From contig OZ286460.1 in NCBI GenBank assembly GCA_965644265.1, forward strand, positions 99,944,001 to 100,008,000: a DNA stretch of 64,000 nucleotides, given 5' to 3'. Of the stretch, positions 40,401-52,400 are shown piece after piece (positions within the stretch are counted from its first letter, which is position 1; each line of letters begins with the position of its first letter). The DNA is from Glycera tridactyla. Taxonomy: Eukaryota. A model generated the notes under the pieces. It saw nothing but the letters and a program-made list of their open reading frames with translations, did not search any database and was not told the DNA's origin. The translations under genes and the position numbers were made by a program.

Positions 40401-43400
40401 TTCCATCTCCCAAACAACCGGAGATCCTCATCTGATACACCCATGGCTGCTCTTTCAGTAGTAGCCCCTATCCGAAAACTATGGGTACCATAACGATTAG
40501 GGTTCAACCCATTTATGGCAACAAATTTCTTCAACATGTGAGCAACCCAGTTAGACTGTACAATTGACCCGTTCATTCTGAGAAACAAGAACCCTTCAGA
40601 ATTCCCTCTAAGTGTCAAATATCTATGCAGTGTCATGACTGGGCATAAACATGAGTTGGCCTTGCTATTGATGCGAATGCTCACTGGTTCTTTTGAATGC
40701 TTAAATGTCCTTAATTGAATGATATAAGCAATCAATCTACCACCGGTACATACACTGCTCAGATGGCTGACTCTTATGGTGTGTTGAGTTCCATCAGTGG
40801 ATGAAACAACCTCACCAATGCGTAGGCCTGCAATGAACATGATTGCAAATATTGCTTGAAGTAGAGCCTCATCCCATTCACTAATTATTGATGGGTTCAT
40901 ACAAGCAAAAATGCTTGACAGCAATTCAGTGGTGATTGGTAATCTGGTGTCTGGTGTCATGCCCTGTTTCCTCATTCCCATTAAGAGTTTCTTTATGTAA
41001 AAAGAATCCACCGGGTTCTCCATTGAGCGGATGTTATGGGCATAGGCAATGGCTGATGCCTGGGATGTAACAGTTGAAGGTTTAAGACCTTTAAAAAACA
41101 AATGAGTCAAGTATTTTCCCACCAACATGTTATCTGCTGGCATTACCAAATCTTTCCCAGTTAATTCTTTTGAGAAAGTCTGGAACTGACTCCATACTTG
41201 TTCATAGTTTGCAAGTGTTCTTTGTGATAATGATGACTGTATTAAGCTGTTCATAACCCGATCCAGTTCTTTGGCAGGAATGTATCTGGGATGGGATCGC
41301 TTTGTGCCTGCATTCCTTTGGTTGCCAGCTCTTGAGGTGTAACCTGTAATCGGGATATATGATCAGCTGTAGTATTATAAATCCCTGGCACATGCATAGC
41401 TACCATACATATGTTGCATTGCAATGCATTCAGAACCAACTGTCTGACAAGTTTCATGGTGCGTGGGTTTTTTGCTGTTTGTTTGTTAACTATTTGTACA
41501 ACCGCCCCATTATCCGTGTGAAAAACTAATCTATGATTAGCCATCTTTGGCCCATACATGACCATGGCAATTACTATTGGATAAAGTTCCAAAAAGGTGA
41601 TTCCAAACTTTATCCAATCTGACGGATACTGTACAACAAACCATTTGGAACCATAAAAACCCCCACCCCCAATAGCTGATGCATCTGTGTAAAAATGAAT
41701 GCTGTTGGAATGTATTGGTTCTTTAAATAGAAAAAGTGTTTTCCCATTATATGATTGTAAAAATTTAATCCACATAGACAAGTCTAGTTTCATACCCTGT
41801 GAAATTCTGATTTTTGACATTGGGTTGGTCTTGCCCATCATTCCATCGATTAGGCGGCGGAGAAATGGTCTACCTGGTATAACGACCATACAGGCCCACT
41901 GTAAAAAACCAACAATTGACTGCATCTCTTTCAATGTGGAAGTGCTTCTTATCAAAAATTCTTTAACCGTGACTAAGTATTTCTGAAGCTTAGTATCAGG
42001 TAAGGATGCAAACATATCTACAGATGATAACTGAATGCCCAGAAATTTAATTATTTGACTGGGTCCTTCTGTTTTATCTGGTGAAAGTGGCATGCCAGTG
42101 ATTGCTGCCAAACGTTGGAATTGCTCCAATGCTTTTTGACATTGTTCACGTGTTTTGGCAATGAAGAAATAATCATCAAGATAGTGGAGCATATGTGAAA
42201 CCCCCATCTTTTCTCTGAGAATCCACTCTACTGCACAGGCAAAACTCTCAAACAATCTACATGAAGAAGCACACCCCATCTGTAAACATCGATCAACATA
42301 AAACATGTTATCAACCTTGAATACAAATAAATGATACTGTTGAGGCTTTACAGGCAACAAACGGAAAGCTGACTTAACATCAGCCTTTGCCATGTATGCA
42401 TTATGGCCCAATTCTAATATCAGCTGGATGGCATTCTCCACAATTGTATATTGTACTGTAGAAAAAGAATCAGAAATCCCTACATTGACTGATTGCTCAT
42501 TGTATGGGTAAGAAAGATCATGAATTACCCTAAATTGCCCAGGTTCTGATTTTTCACGGATTGAAAGTGGAGATACATGCATGGTTTCAAATGGAGCCTG
42601 TTCAAAGGGGCCAACCCATCTATCCATAAGGAGCTCCTTTTGGATAAATTCTTTCACTACTTTATGATGTTGTAGTGCCAATTGTGAATTTCTAGGTGCA
42701 TGACATTCTGTGTTACCCACAAAACCCACGTCGAACCCATGTTGGAAACCATTAATGAGCTCAGATGCTTTGTCAATGGGGTACCCTTCCAATAAATGAC
42801 TCAACTCAATCGGTCTTATGGGACTCGGCATCTTGCTTGGGTTGAGTCTTGCTCCCTTTAGATTTTTTGCCAGCCCACTTGGATTTGGCTTTACAAGTGT
42901 ATCCGGGATGGACAGCTTTTTTGCATTTATGGCATTCATGGTTGAAGCCACATTTTTTCCCCATCTTGCATTTTTTCTGGGGGTTGTGATATGCAAAGCA
43001 GTATCCACCAGGTGGGTTTTTGTGCTTGGTTTTTGATGGTGTGTCACTCTCACCCCCATCCATGGATTCCTGGTCTTCTTTAGGGGTAGAATCTGATTCT
43101 TCCTCAACAAATGGGCCATTTTTCATTTTTTGTTTCAACAACTCATTGAAAATGGTTTGTCGAACCACACCCCATGGTGGTATCTTTTTCAACCTCAGTC
43201 TTTCATAGCGAAAACGCTTGTCATAGTACAACCAGTTCATGCCATCTTCCCTGAGGTTGCGGATAATTCTACCATAAATCAGTAGAGCCTGTTGTTTCTT
43301 GGCATGCAAGGGATGTTTCAGATAATTTGCCGAATAGATCTCCCAAGCCCTCCACCACTCACTAAATGTTTTAATCGGTTTGCGATTTTTTGGGGTTAGG

Positions 43401-46400
43401 AGCATAGATTTATCTCCATCAATGGACCTATATGATACTTCATAATTTTCATCCGGTAGGTCAACCAGCAAATCTCGAAATTCAAAATAAATGCCAGACT
43501 GTATCTTTTCTATCAAACGAACATCAATATTTTCTCCCACCTGCATGTCATCCACCCACATGTCATGTAAGTCAGAATCTCTATCAACATGACATGGCAT
43601 GCCCTGTGTTGGGCCACCAATTGGAGCAACAAATTCTGCTCCAGTTGGTATCCCAGTCTGTTGGAGCCTGTCCATCTGGTTGACTATATTGACAACTGGA
43701 ATTTCTGAATGATGTATGGTGGGTATAGGATTACCAACTTCAGGAGTTTCCTCCCGTCGACGGTCACGTAAAGGTGTGAAATGTGTGCTTGTACTAGGTT
43801 GTGGAATCAAAGGCAACTGATGGTTCTGAGGTAACTCACCATAGCTAGGTGGTTGCACATGGTTTACAATAAAACCTGTACCACCATGACTTACCATTTC
43901 TGGAACTTCGGGCATGTTTGTTATAGGGCCAGATAGCCCCGTACTAGTTGTATTATTAATGACATTTGGTTGTGACCCAGAGGGTGAACATAACCCTCGA
44001 TTGATGGCATATTTTGAAATGAAAGCCTGACTGTTCTGTGATGACATAGCCACTGTTGGTGGTGATGGTACAGTGGTAGTAGCTGTATCAACAGGAACAA
44101 TATTGCTGGGGGGTAACATAGCAATGGTCTGACTCTGAAACCACTTTTCCTGCATAAGGCTTATGTTCCTTGCCGTGGCCTGCATCTCAGCCATGGTTTT
44201 CTGTGCTTGAACAAACCACATGTTGATCCTACGATTGGACAAGGTGGTCTGTGCTGATCCCTTGGCTTTTGGTTGTTTCTGTGATAATTTCGACACCATC
44301 CTGCGTTTTTTGGGCTTGGTTGCCTCCTGGATGGGTGACTCATCATCGACAAACTCAACCTCGGGCTCAATCAGCTCAGGCTCACTATCAGAACTCAAAG
44401 TTTGTTCTTTACCTGTTTCACAAGGCTGTTCCAGTTCATTAGACTCATCCTCACCCACTGGATCTGCATCTAGATGTGTATAGCTACGACCTTTTTCAGT
44501 TAAGATACGCCTTCTTTTTGGTCGACCTGCTCCCATACTGCCTGATGTACAGGGTTGCTCATCGCTCTTTGCCGACACAACCATACCCTCGATTTCAGGA
44601 TCAGGATCCTCATCCATAGGCTCCAACTTCATTTTCTTAGGTGGCATCTGAAAACATAAGTAATAGTGTATATCGGCATGAGTTTCATTGCAATGATTCA
44701 ATTCTGTGATCAGAGGCGGTGTCAGTCACCAATCGGTCCAAATAACTTTTTTGGCCTATCTGATGTATCATCTGGTTATGGGAAAAATTAAGTACCAACA
44801 ATTATCAATCATAATTTGCATAGTCATATGCTGTATTATATTTCCCTCATGTGATATTCAATGCCGATCACCAAGTATGCTTCCTTCATGTTACCAATAT
44901 TACAAAGTCCGTAAAATATTTTTTACCGTGTAGTGTAACATGTTTTAGCAAAAAATATTCATCATCAACTGTACACCGATTCAATGAGTGCTCAATCCGT
45001 GATGTGACCGTATCTGGATCCTTCGATCATGCCATGACACAAAGTGTTGCTCCGGTTTCATGAATGAAAATATTTCCAGAACCCAACGAACGAATCATTA
45101 TACTCACGTTCAACACCCCAACTATCGATGACAGTTCAACTGATGATGCAATGCAAAGCAGTATGGCTAGTATTTCGATCGCAATGTGAATACTCTGATT
45201 CCAAGTTCGGTAATGAATGATCTACTATTTTGGCGCCAACTGTGGCGTCTTAAACGCTGCCGGTGATTGGCTCAATATGTCACATGACCAGTTCCGGGAT
45301 CCCTCCGACTTCGATGACGTCATCGTGGGGGATCCCGGGCCGAATCCGTCCGAAAAAGAGGCCGGAGAATCCCGAACGTCCCATGCGTTCAGGCAGCCAT
45401 ATCTTCATTCGGCGTGTTATACATCAAAAATAAATGTGACTGATACACTCACCAATGATTACATTTGCGAATGTCCATCTTTACTCGAATGCAACTCTCG
45501 TCTTGACATAATGGCCCACTCCTGCCATTATAGCCTTGCGAATCTGGAAAAAGAACTTGCGGAACGAAGGGTCTCGCCATGTTCTTCCTGGATGCAAGTT
45601 GTCGGGCGACCATTGAGCCACCGGTAGCGTGTCTCCCGTAGGCGTACAAGTGAATCCACGGATATGGAAGTAGTGTATCCTTCTGCGAAACTGGGCTTGT
45701 CTAGCTAGCTCCATGTTGAAACGATCCATGAGTTTGATGAAATACTGTGAAGGTGCCGTGAAGCCAGCCTCTCGTTTCAATACTGACATAAAGACCACAG
45801 TTTCGACTTTGTCAGCCGCCATCCATGTAAGTGCATCATCGATGAAGCGTTTCGCCAGTCTTTCCGGTGATCCTTGTCCTTCTCGAAGCATGTTGCACAG
45901 CTCGTTGGAACCCATATTTATCACTGTAATGTTCGGAAACACGTTGAAAACACGGTCAAGAGACAACTTCCATGCAGTCGTCCCGTAGACGTACGCCCAC
46001 TCCACTTGTATCTGAGCACACTTCTGATCAAGCCACATAGCCTGGGCACACTGTTCGGCCGGCGTTCCGAAGAAATATCGCTTCTGCGCCTCGTTGTAGC
46101 AATGGCTTCTTAGGTCTCGAATGAAAGAGTTCCCGATAACTCCTACTCGCACCCCGGGCTCCGATAGCGGGTATTCGTCGTACATCTCTTCGACCATGCT
46201 GACCCGTGTTGTCTCTCCAAATTACTTTGAAAGACTGGCTGAGATCAAGTGTTTCGCGCCTCGGGACTCGTGGACACTGCGCAGATTCATTGAAGCGTGT
46301 CCACCGCGTCCCCTCCCACATTAGGCTCACTGAACCGGTTGTAGTTGTTACCAGTCAATACAATCCAACCTGTTTACGATCACCTCTGAAAAAGTTTTTT

Positions 46401-49400
46401 CTTCCATTGTCCAAAATGCATTGTTTGGTAAACAATTTGATTTTGGTAATAGATCCTTACTTGCTGCGGGATCCAGAATATGGAATTCTCTGGATCCAGA
46501 AGTGAGAACTTCAGGAAGTCTTGGTATCTTTAAGTCAAGATACTGGAAATCGAAACCATCCCCGTTCATGTTGTTTGAGTGATGCTCTGTGGTTTATTTA
46601 TCATGACTATTTTTGTGGTGTCATTCAACAGTGAAGTATAAGAGTGTTGGAAGAATCCATAGTTATTCTCTCATATTTAATCTCTCATAATTTTCCATAA
46701 AATCTATCTATCATACCATATCTGAAATAGACTGTCTACTCATAGCCTGATGGCGTGAATCTCAGCACCGAATCAGCGCATATGGTATTATTCATATGGC
46801 ACTGTCTCTGAAGGTGGTGATCGAATGCTCTCAGAGGGCCAAATTTTAAACTTCATTTTTTTTCAATAAACTTCCATCAGGTGTTGGTACCCTTAGCCTG
46901 GGACATCAGGTTCTGGTCATAGGAGCACTGAATCCCTGTATCCCTCAAACATATACAAGCAATTATCAAAAGTTTGGTGTCGTAACACTTTTTGCCAGTT
47001 TGGGAAAAACCAGTTGTGCAATCTTTAATTATGCATTGAGCTGATCACTATTTTGATACATTGTAACTTGGTCTCATATGCCGACCTTATGATAGAACCA
47101 GCTCTGTTGAAAGATTTTCTACCTGGATGCATGCAAGACAAAAAGGCTGGTGTTGTAACAGGACATAATAGCTTTGATTGGGTATAAAAAATAGAAAAAA
47201 GATTCTGAGGCAATCATAATGCTACATCAGAATGTGTATGGACAAGATCATGTCCTAGTTACAACACATATATTATTTTCACATCTTGCTTTATTGGAGA
47301 TTCCCTCTCACTGTTTCCTCCATATTTCTTCAGGTTCTTCTCTCTGTGGATAATATCTTCAATGTTATATCACTTCTGTGATCAATCCAGGCACAGAGAT
47401 TGGAAAAACCTGCATGAAATCATTATAAAAATCAAGTAGTATGGTGTTGTAAGTGGACAGTGCCATATCTGCCACATTTCATTGCATGTTACACCAGGAT
47501 TTTGCATAAATTATCCCTAAGGTATCATTCAATCAATCATGAGATCAGATTGTTGAGAAATGGCTGTTTCAACACAGAGAAGGGATTAAAGTCTGTTTTG
47601 TAAACAGGACAGTCCAGGTTACAACCGGTGTTGTAACACAGGACTTATTTGGACACCTTATTTATATAGTGTGATAAAATCGTTTGTTTATCAGTGCTCT
47701 GATTCTCTTTTGCTTTTAACACATATATGGCATTGAGGAGAAAAGGAATGTGTGAGACATGTATGTTACATGAATTTGGTTCCATGGATTGGACAGGGGG
47801 TCAAATTTTGGTGTTGTAACAAAACAAATTAGGACATTATCTTTGAAATCATCTCAATCAGTATATAAATGGAATTTTTGCCTGATTTTTTGAAATGATT
47901 CAAGATGGGTGATTACCTTGATAAAGGATATTTTGTTGGCAGAATATCATTTGCCAAAAATACCAGGTGGAATGCCACTGGTGTTGTAACAAAAATACCC
48001 AAATTAGTTACAACACCTTCAGTCACTGATATTTTCCAGATGAAGGGTTTTGCAGGAGCACAGATAGTAAATATGTGTGGACATGGTGGTTTTCTTTCAT
48101 TTGACACCAAATTTGTGGGGTTGTATTGTTCTGCTGCCAGGATATGATTTTTTTTAAATAATGGGGTTGATGATTGTTCCTCAAAATAGCCAATTTTAGG
48201 GTTATTTTCGCACTTTGACATCTGATAAATGATGGTTCTCATTGAGATATCATCTTGAAATTGGAGCATATGATAGAGAAATATGTACTGTCTTATTTAG
48301 TGAAGAGTTGGTGCAATTATATTCACATGGTTTGTAATGGCAGTTGTTTTACTGATTTGGACATTTTATCTTAGGCGCGATCACCACCTTTAGAGACAGT
48401 ACCATATATATATACCAAATGCAGAATGATTATGTATTACCCAAGACCCTGGTCGTAGCCAATATCAGCCCAGGCTGGTTTTTCTCGATGTCTCGACAAG
48501 GTATCTCTGTTACGCGAAATTTTGCTACATTTCACTAGGTTAAATAAAGTCTATGTCATTCTGTCATTCAGAATGATTGTCCAGCAATTGTCCATCTGGT
48601 AGGGCTGATGACTGAAATAACACAGATAATCTGCAGGGCTCTATATTGGCAAAAATATTTAGGAGCCAGCTGGCTCCCAATTTGAATTTTTGGTAGCCAG
48701 TGCAAAAATTTGGTAGCCAATCAATACATTTCCAATTACATCCTTGCCAAACTTTTGGGGCGACTGGCTCCTAACTTTCAAAATATGGTAGCCGGAGGGT
48801 AAATTTGGTAGCAATTGGCTCCCCACAGGTAGCAACGTAGAGCCCTGATCTGAGACCTAGATGAACATAGAATCTTCCATCCACTGCACATGTTTATTTT
48901 GCCAAATTAAGCTGGTGGTTATCTGACAATTAAAACTACCTATTACTTGGTCAAATGGTAAATGATAGTAATTGTTGAATACAAGCCCTGTTACCATTCA
49001 ACTTGAGCCCATCAGGTCATTGCATCAATTAAAATGAACATTACGAAGAAAAACTCACAACTATCTTTTCACTAGATGCTTGGATCTTTTCTCAGGATGG
49101 TGAAACACTAGATTCATCCTCATATATGCACCCTTAGCTCCAAATATGTCAAGGTCATTGATCAAGCATATAGAATTATTGGTATCTGAGCCTGTCTCTC
49201 GATTTTACTTGTCTTTCCTAGCAAACATTTGTAGCAAATTCTCACTTCAAAGGCCACTTTTTGATGTGACCGAAGGTGTTCTTTATAGACCGATCCAACT
49301 GTATATTATAAATGTTATATTATGACGCATCTCCCATTGTGCATCTTTGCATCTGATAGAGCTGCTTCCACTTATGATGAAACTGATTGAACATGTTTCA

Positions 49401-52400
49401 GGAGATGCAATTGTTGCGTGAATCAGTACTCCCCTCGCTTTCCTGCAGTGCCGCTTGTAAGGGAGATCTGGACTCTCTTGAAAAGATATGGCAGGCTGTA
49501 AGTTATTTTCAATTTGCAATAAAAATATGATATGTTGATGCTTGTGACAGATGTTCGGATCGGCACATATTCTCGGAATGTACTGAATGAATGGGTTAAT
49601 GTGATTGATATGGGCAGAAAAGTCTTTGAGCACTGGAATACAGTCATATTCCAAGTATGTTTCATGTTTGATTCAGACTGATGGTTCATCATCACATGTT
49701 TTTGAAGCTAGCATTTGTACTTCACCCCATAATGAGACTCCTGAAATGTGCAAAATGAGAGGGAAAAGGTAAAAGGTTAATGTAAGTTGTGCTCAGTTGT
49801 TACATTGGGAGTAATTGGTAAAATCTTCCTGTTGGATGCTAGCAATGTGAAGGGAAAGCATAAGTTTTCATCAAATGTCATTCTTTACAACTGTTTCTAA
49901 TTCACCCACTTTGTTCTTTGACTTGAATGTTGGGTCATAGCCCACCACTTGTGATGTTAGACCTTATTTAAACTTGAGAACAGAGAGTTGATGTATATGA
50001 ACCATATGTGTCACCAACTCTTGGGTCTAGCTGCTATCATTCACTCTTTGACATCTGAGTCAGAATATATTCCATGCCCAATGGTCGAAATGGGAACATT
50101 TCTCTAAGTGAAGAATATGCGAAGTTCGTTGTTGCTATGATCAATATGGATACCCCAATGCATAGTGAATGAGAAGTGATCATATGGAGAAGACAAGCTA
50201 TATTAGGTAACTGCCGAAAGATAGTGTTCAAGGAAACCTGCTGATGATAGACAATTATAACATAGAATAGTGGGAGCATGACAATGTAAGCGGTCTCAGG
50301 AACTTGACAAACGTGAGATTTCATGAACGCTTTATTTATAGAAGATGGGTGTATTCAAAGCGACTATGATTACTCCTTTGGCCGACCATTACTCCTTTAG
50401 CCTATGTTCATAAGAAATGAGTGAAAAACAGAATTCTTCTTGAATCAACTGTAAATACAGCATGCATCATGTGAAATATAAGAAATATTTCCCGTGTTCT
50501 GGCTAGGGAGGCAATCCAACGATCGCTGATTATGATGGACGTACACCACTGCACATAGCATCTTGTGAGAATCACATTAAAGTCGTGGAATTTTTGATGG
50601 ATACGATGGGAGCTTCTGTACATCAGCGTGATCGCTATGGACACAGTGCACTTGATGATGCAGTTCGTTATGCGCATCTTGAGGTCATTGACATCCTCTG
50701 TAGAGGAGGTGCGCATCTGGCCATCCCTCCCCCCAAATTAGGCATGATGCTCTGCAAGTAAGTTCTTAATTTTTAGACAATCACAAGTAAGATTTTTATA
50801 AGTCCCAAATTAAACCTCAGATCGAATGTCAGAGATATCCCATTGCCACTTTTTTTTAACCATAAAATGGAAGCTCATTTTTCAAAACTCTTGAATACAA
50901 AACTTTTGCCATTCAAGTGCTCAAGCACTGACCACTTGTATGGTTCAGAAATTTCTAGCACCACATGAAAGAAATTTGGTAAATTTGAGATCAGAAGTAT
51001 CCAGATAGTGGACATAATCATTGGATTTCTTAATTCATCCTATATTGATACTACAGTCAAACCTGTATTCAGCAACCACCCTTGGGACAGTGAAAAGTGG
51101 TTGCTTAAGACAGGTGGTTGTCTAATACAGGTTAATTATGAACCTCTGGGGGATTTTCTAAAGTGGTTGCTTAAGGCAGGTGGTTGTCTAATACAGGTGC
51201 CCTTTATACAGGGTTCGCATAGACTCTGGAAATGTTCTGGAAATCATTACCTATACTGGAAATGTTCTGGAAAACATGTTTTTCACTTTATTGTTCTGGA
51301 AAAATACTGGAATTTTGAGATTTGCACTCTGGAACTCATACCCATGTTCTGGAGATCAGCAGAAACCTGATAATTTCACTAAGTTTTGCTGATTGACAGT
51401 TCACACTGCAGACATCAATAATTCTGATAGATCTCACAATGACCACCAAGATGTGCACATGAAAAATCGTGATCACCACCATAATGGAGAATTTCAGAAA
51501 ACTCAGTGGTTCACACATACGACCTCTAGTCGCTGATGCTGCACATATAAAATCACCATCAATTCTGAGGCATTCACTTCAGGAACCATGAATTTATTGG
51601 TTGTGCGTGTTCTGGAAATTCTTCATGCTGTACTGGGAATGTTCTGGAAAAACTCTGGAATTTTTTCGTAAGAACCTTGTATGAACCATGTTTATAGCAG
51701 GTTTGACTGTATGTAGCAATTATAATTAACATCAATATACCATCTCCCATTGTGTGAAAACAAAACAACTTAAACAGGAGTTTGACTGGATGGTCAACTG
51801 GGTCTCTTGGTGTCTGTGTGGGGACAGGAGCATTCTGCTGGCTGGGGTGTGTCGCCACCTGTTTTTTTTTTGAGTGGTCCACATAGCTCAGTAGGTGAGG
51901 CACTTTGTTCCTCCTCAGGCTACAAATCCACAAGAAATTTGATGATATCTGAAGAATGTAATTTGTATCCATCAATCTTTTTATTTTGATTATCATTATG
52001 GTTGATACAACAGTGAAACCCTTTTTTGAGAGACTACCCTTTCATGAGAGACTGCTTTTCATTGGTTCATTTCTACATGTATTTGGCATAGTCAGATATA
52101 CCTTCAATGAGAGACCACTTTTGTTTGGCATTGGGGTGGTCTCCCAAGAGAGGTTTTACTGTATTACTATTTAGGATTTATCATAAAAATTATAGGTAAG
52201 TCTTTGAAAACACATATTTCATGTGTACCCTAATGTATGATGATATATGGACATGTGATATGATACACCAGTCTTCACGAAAAACTTTTTCAGCCACTCT
52301 CCCATCGGGAGAGCAGATTGGGAGATTCACTCTCCCGAAAATGAATTCACTCTCCCGAATTTGTGCAAGTCCCACTAATAAATATTTTCCTAAGGTTAGT

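Larger units (their letters stand above)
38536..46447 (-). mobile_element. Full-length Ngaro-type tyrosine-recombinase retrotransposon with split direct repeats (A1-ORFs-B1-A2-B2)
   Basis: A1 46218-46444 matches A2 39336-39562 (offset 6882). B1 39560-40321 matches B2 38536-39297 (offset 1024). Intact gag, RT/RH and YR ORFs; no phage-type DNA methyltransferase domain after RNase H. Confidence 0.93.

Noticed and set aside
45217-45627. 136-aa + strand ORF antisense to the element 5' region; also 45713-45988, 42818-43036 and 44220-44483
   Set aside because: Antisense shadows of real ORFs or of GC-rich sequence; no motifs recognised
45481-46197. Functional link between the element's SGNH esterase and the host lysophospholipase activity of ASPG
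   Set aside because: Different folds and no sequence similarity; the element inserted into a LINE remnant by target mimicry, so co-location is most simply coincidence
38536-46447. Interpretation as an LTR retrotransposon, DIRS1 (ITR) element or CRISPR-like array
   Set aside because: No DDE integrase or protease; repeats are split direct rather than LTR or inverted; no methyltransferase; no short repeat-spacer periodicity
38535-46447. ATTTTGGT at both element ends read as an 8-bp TSD
   Set aside because: The same sequence is at the internal A2/B1 junction, and T counts plus the LINE frame show a conservative crossover rather than a duplication
48572-48610. AG-preceded segment considered as exon 11
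   Set aside because: No similarity to ASPG; the exon at 49402-49497 fits both motif and phase
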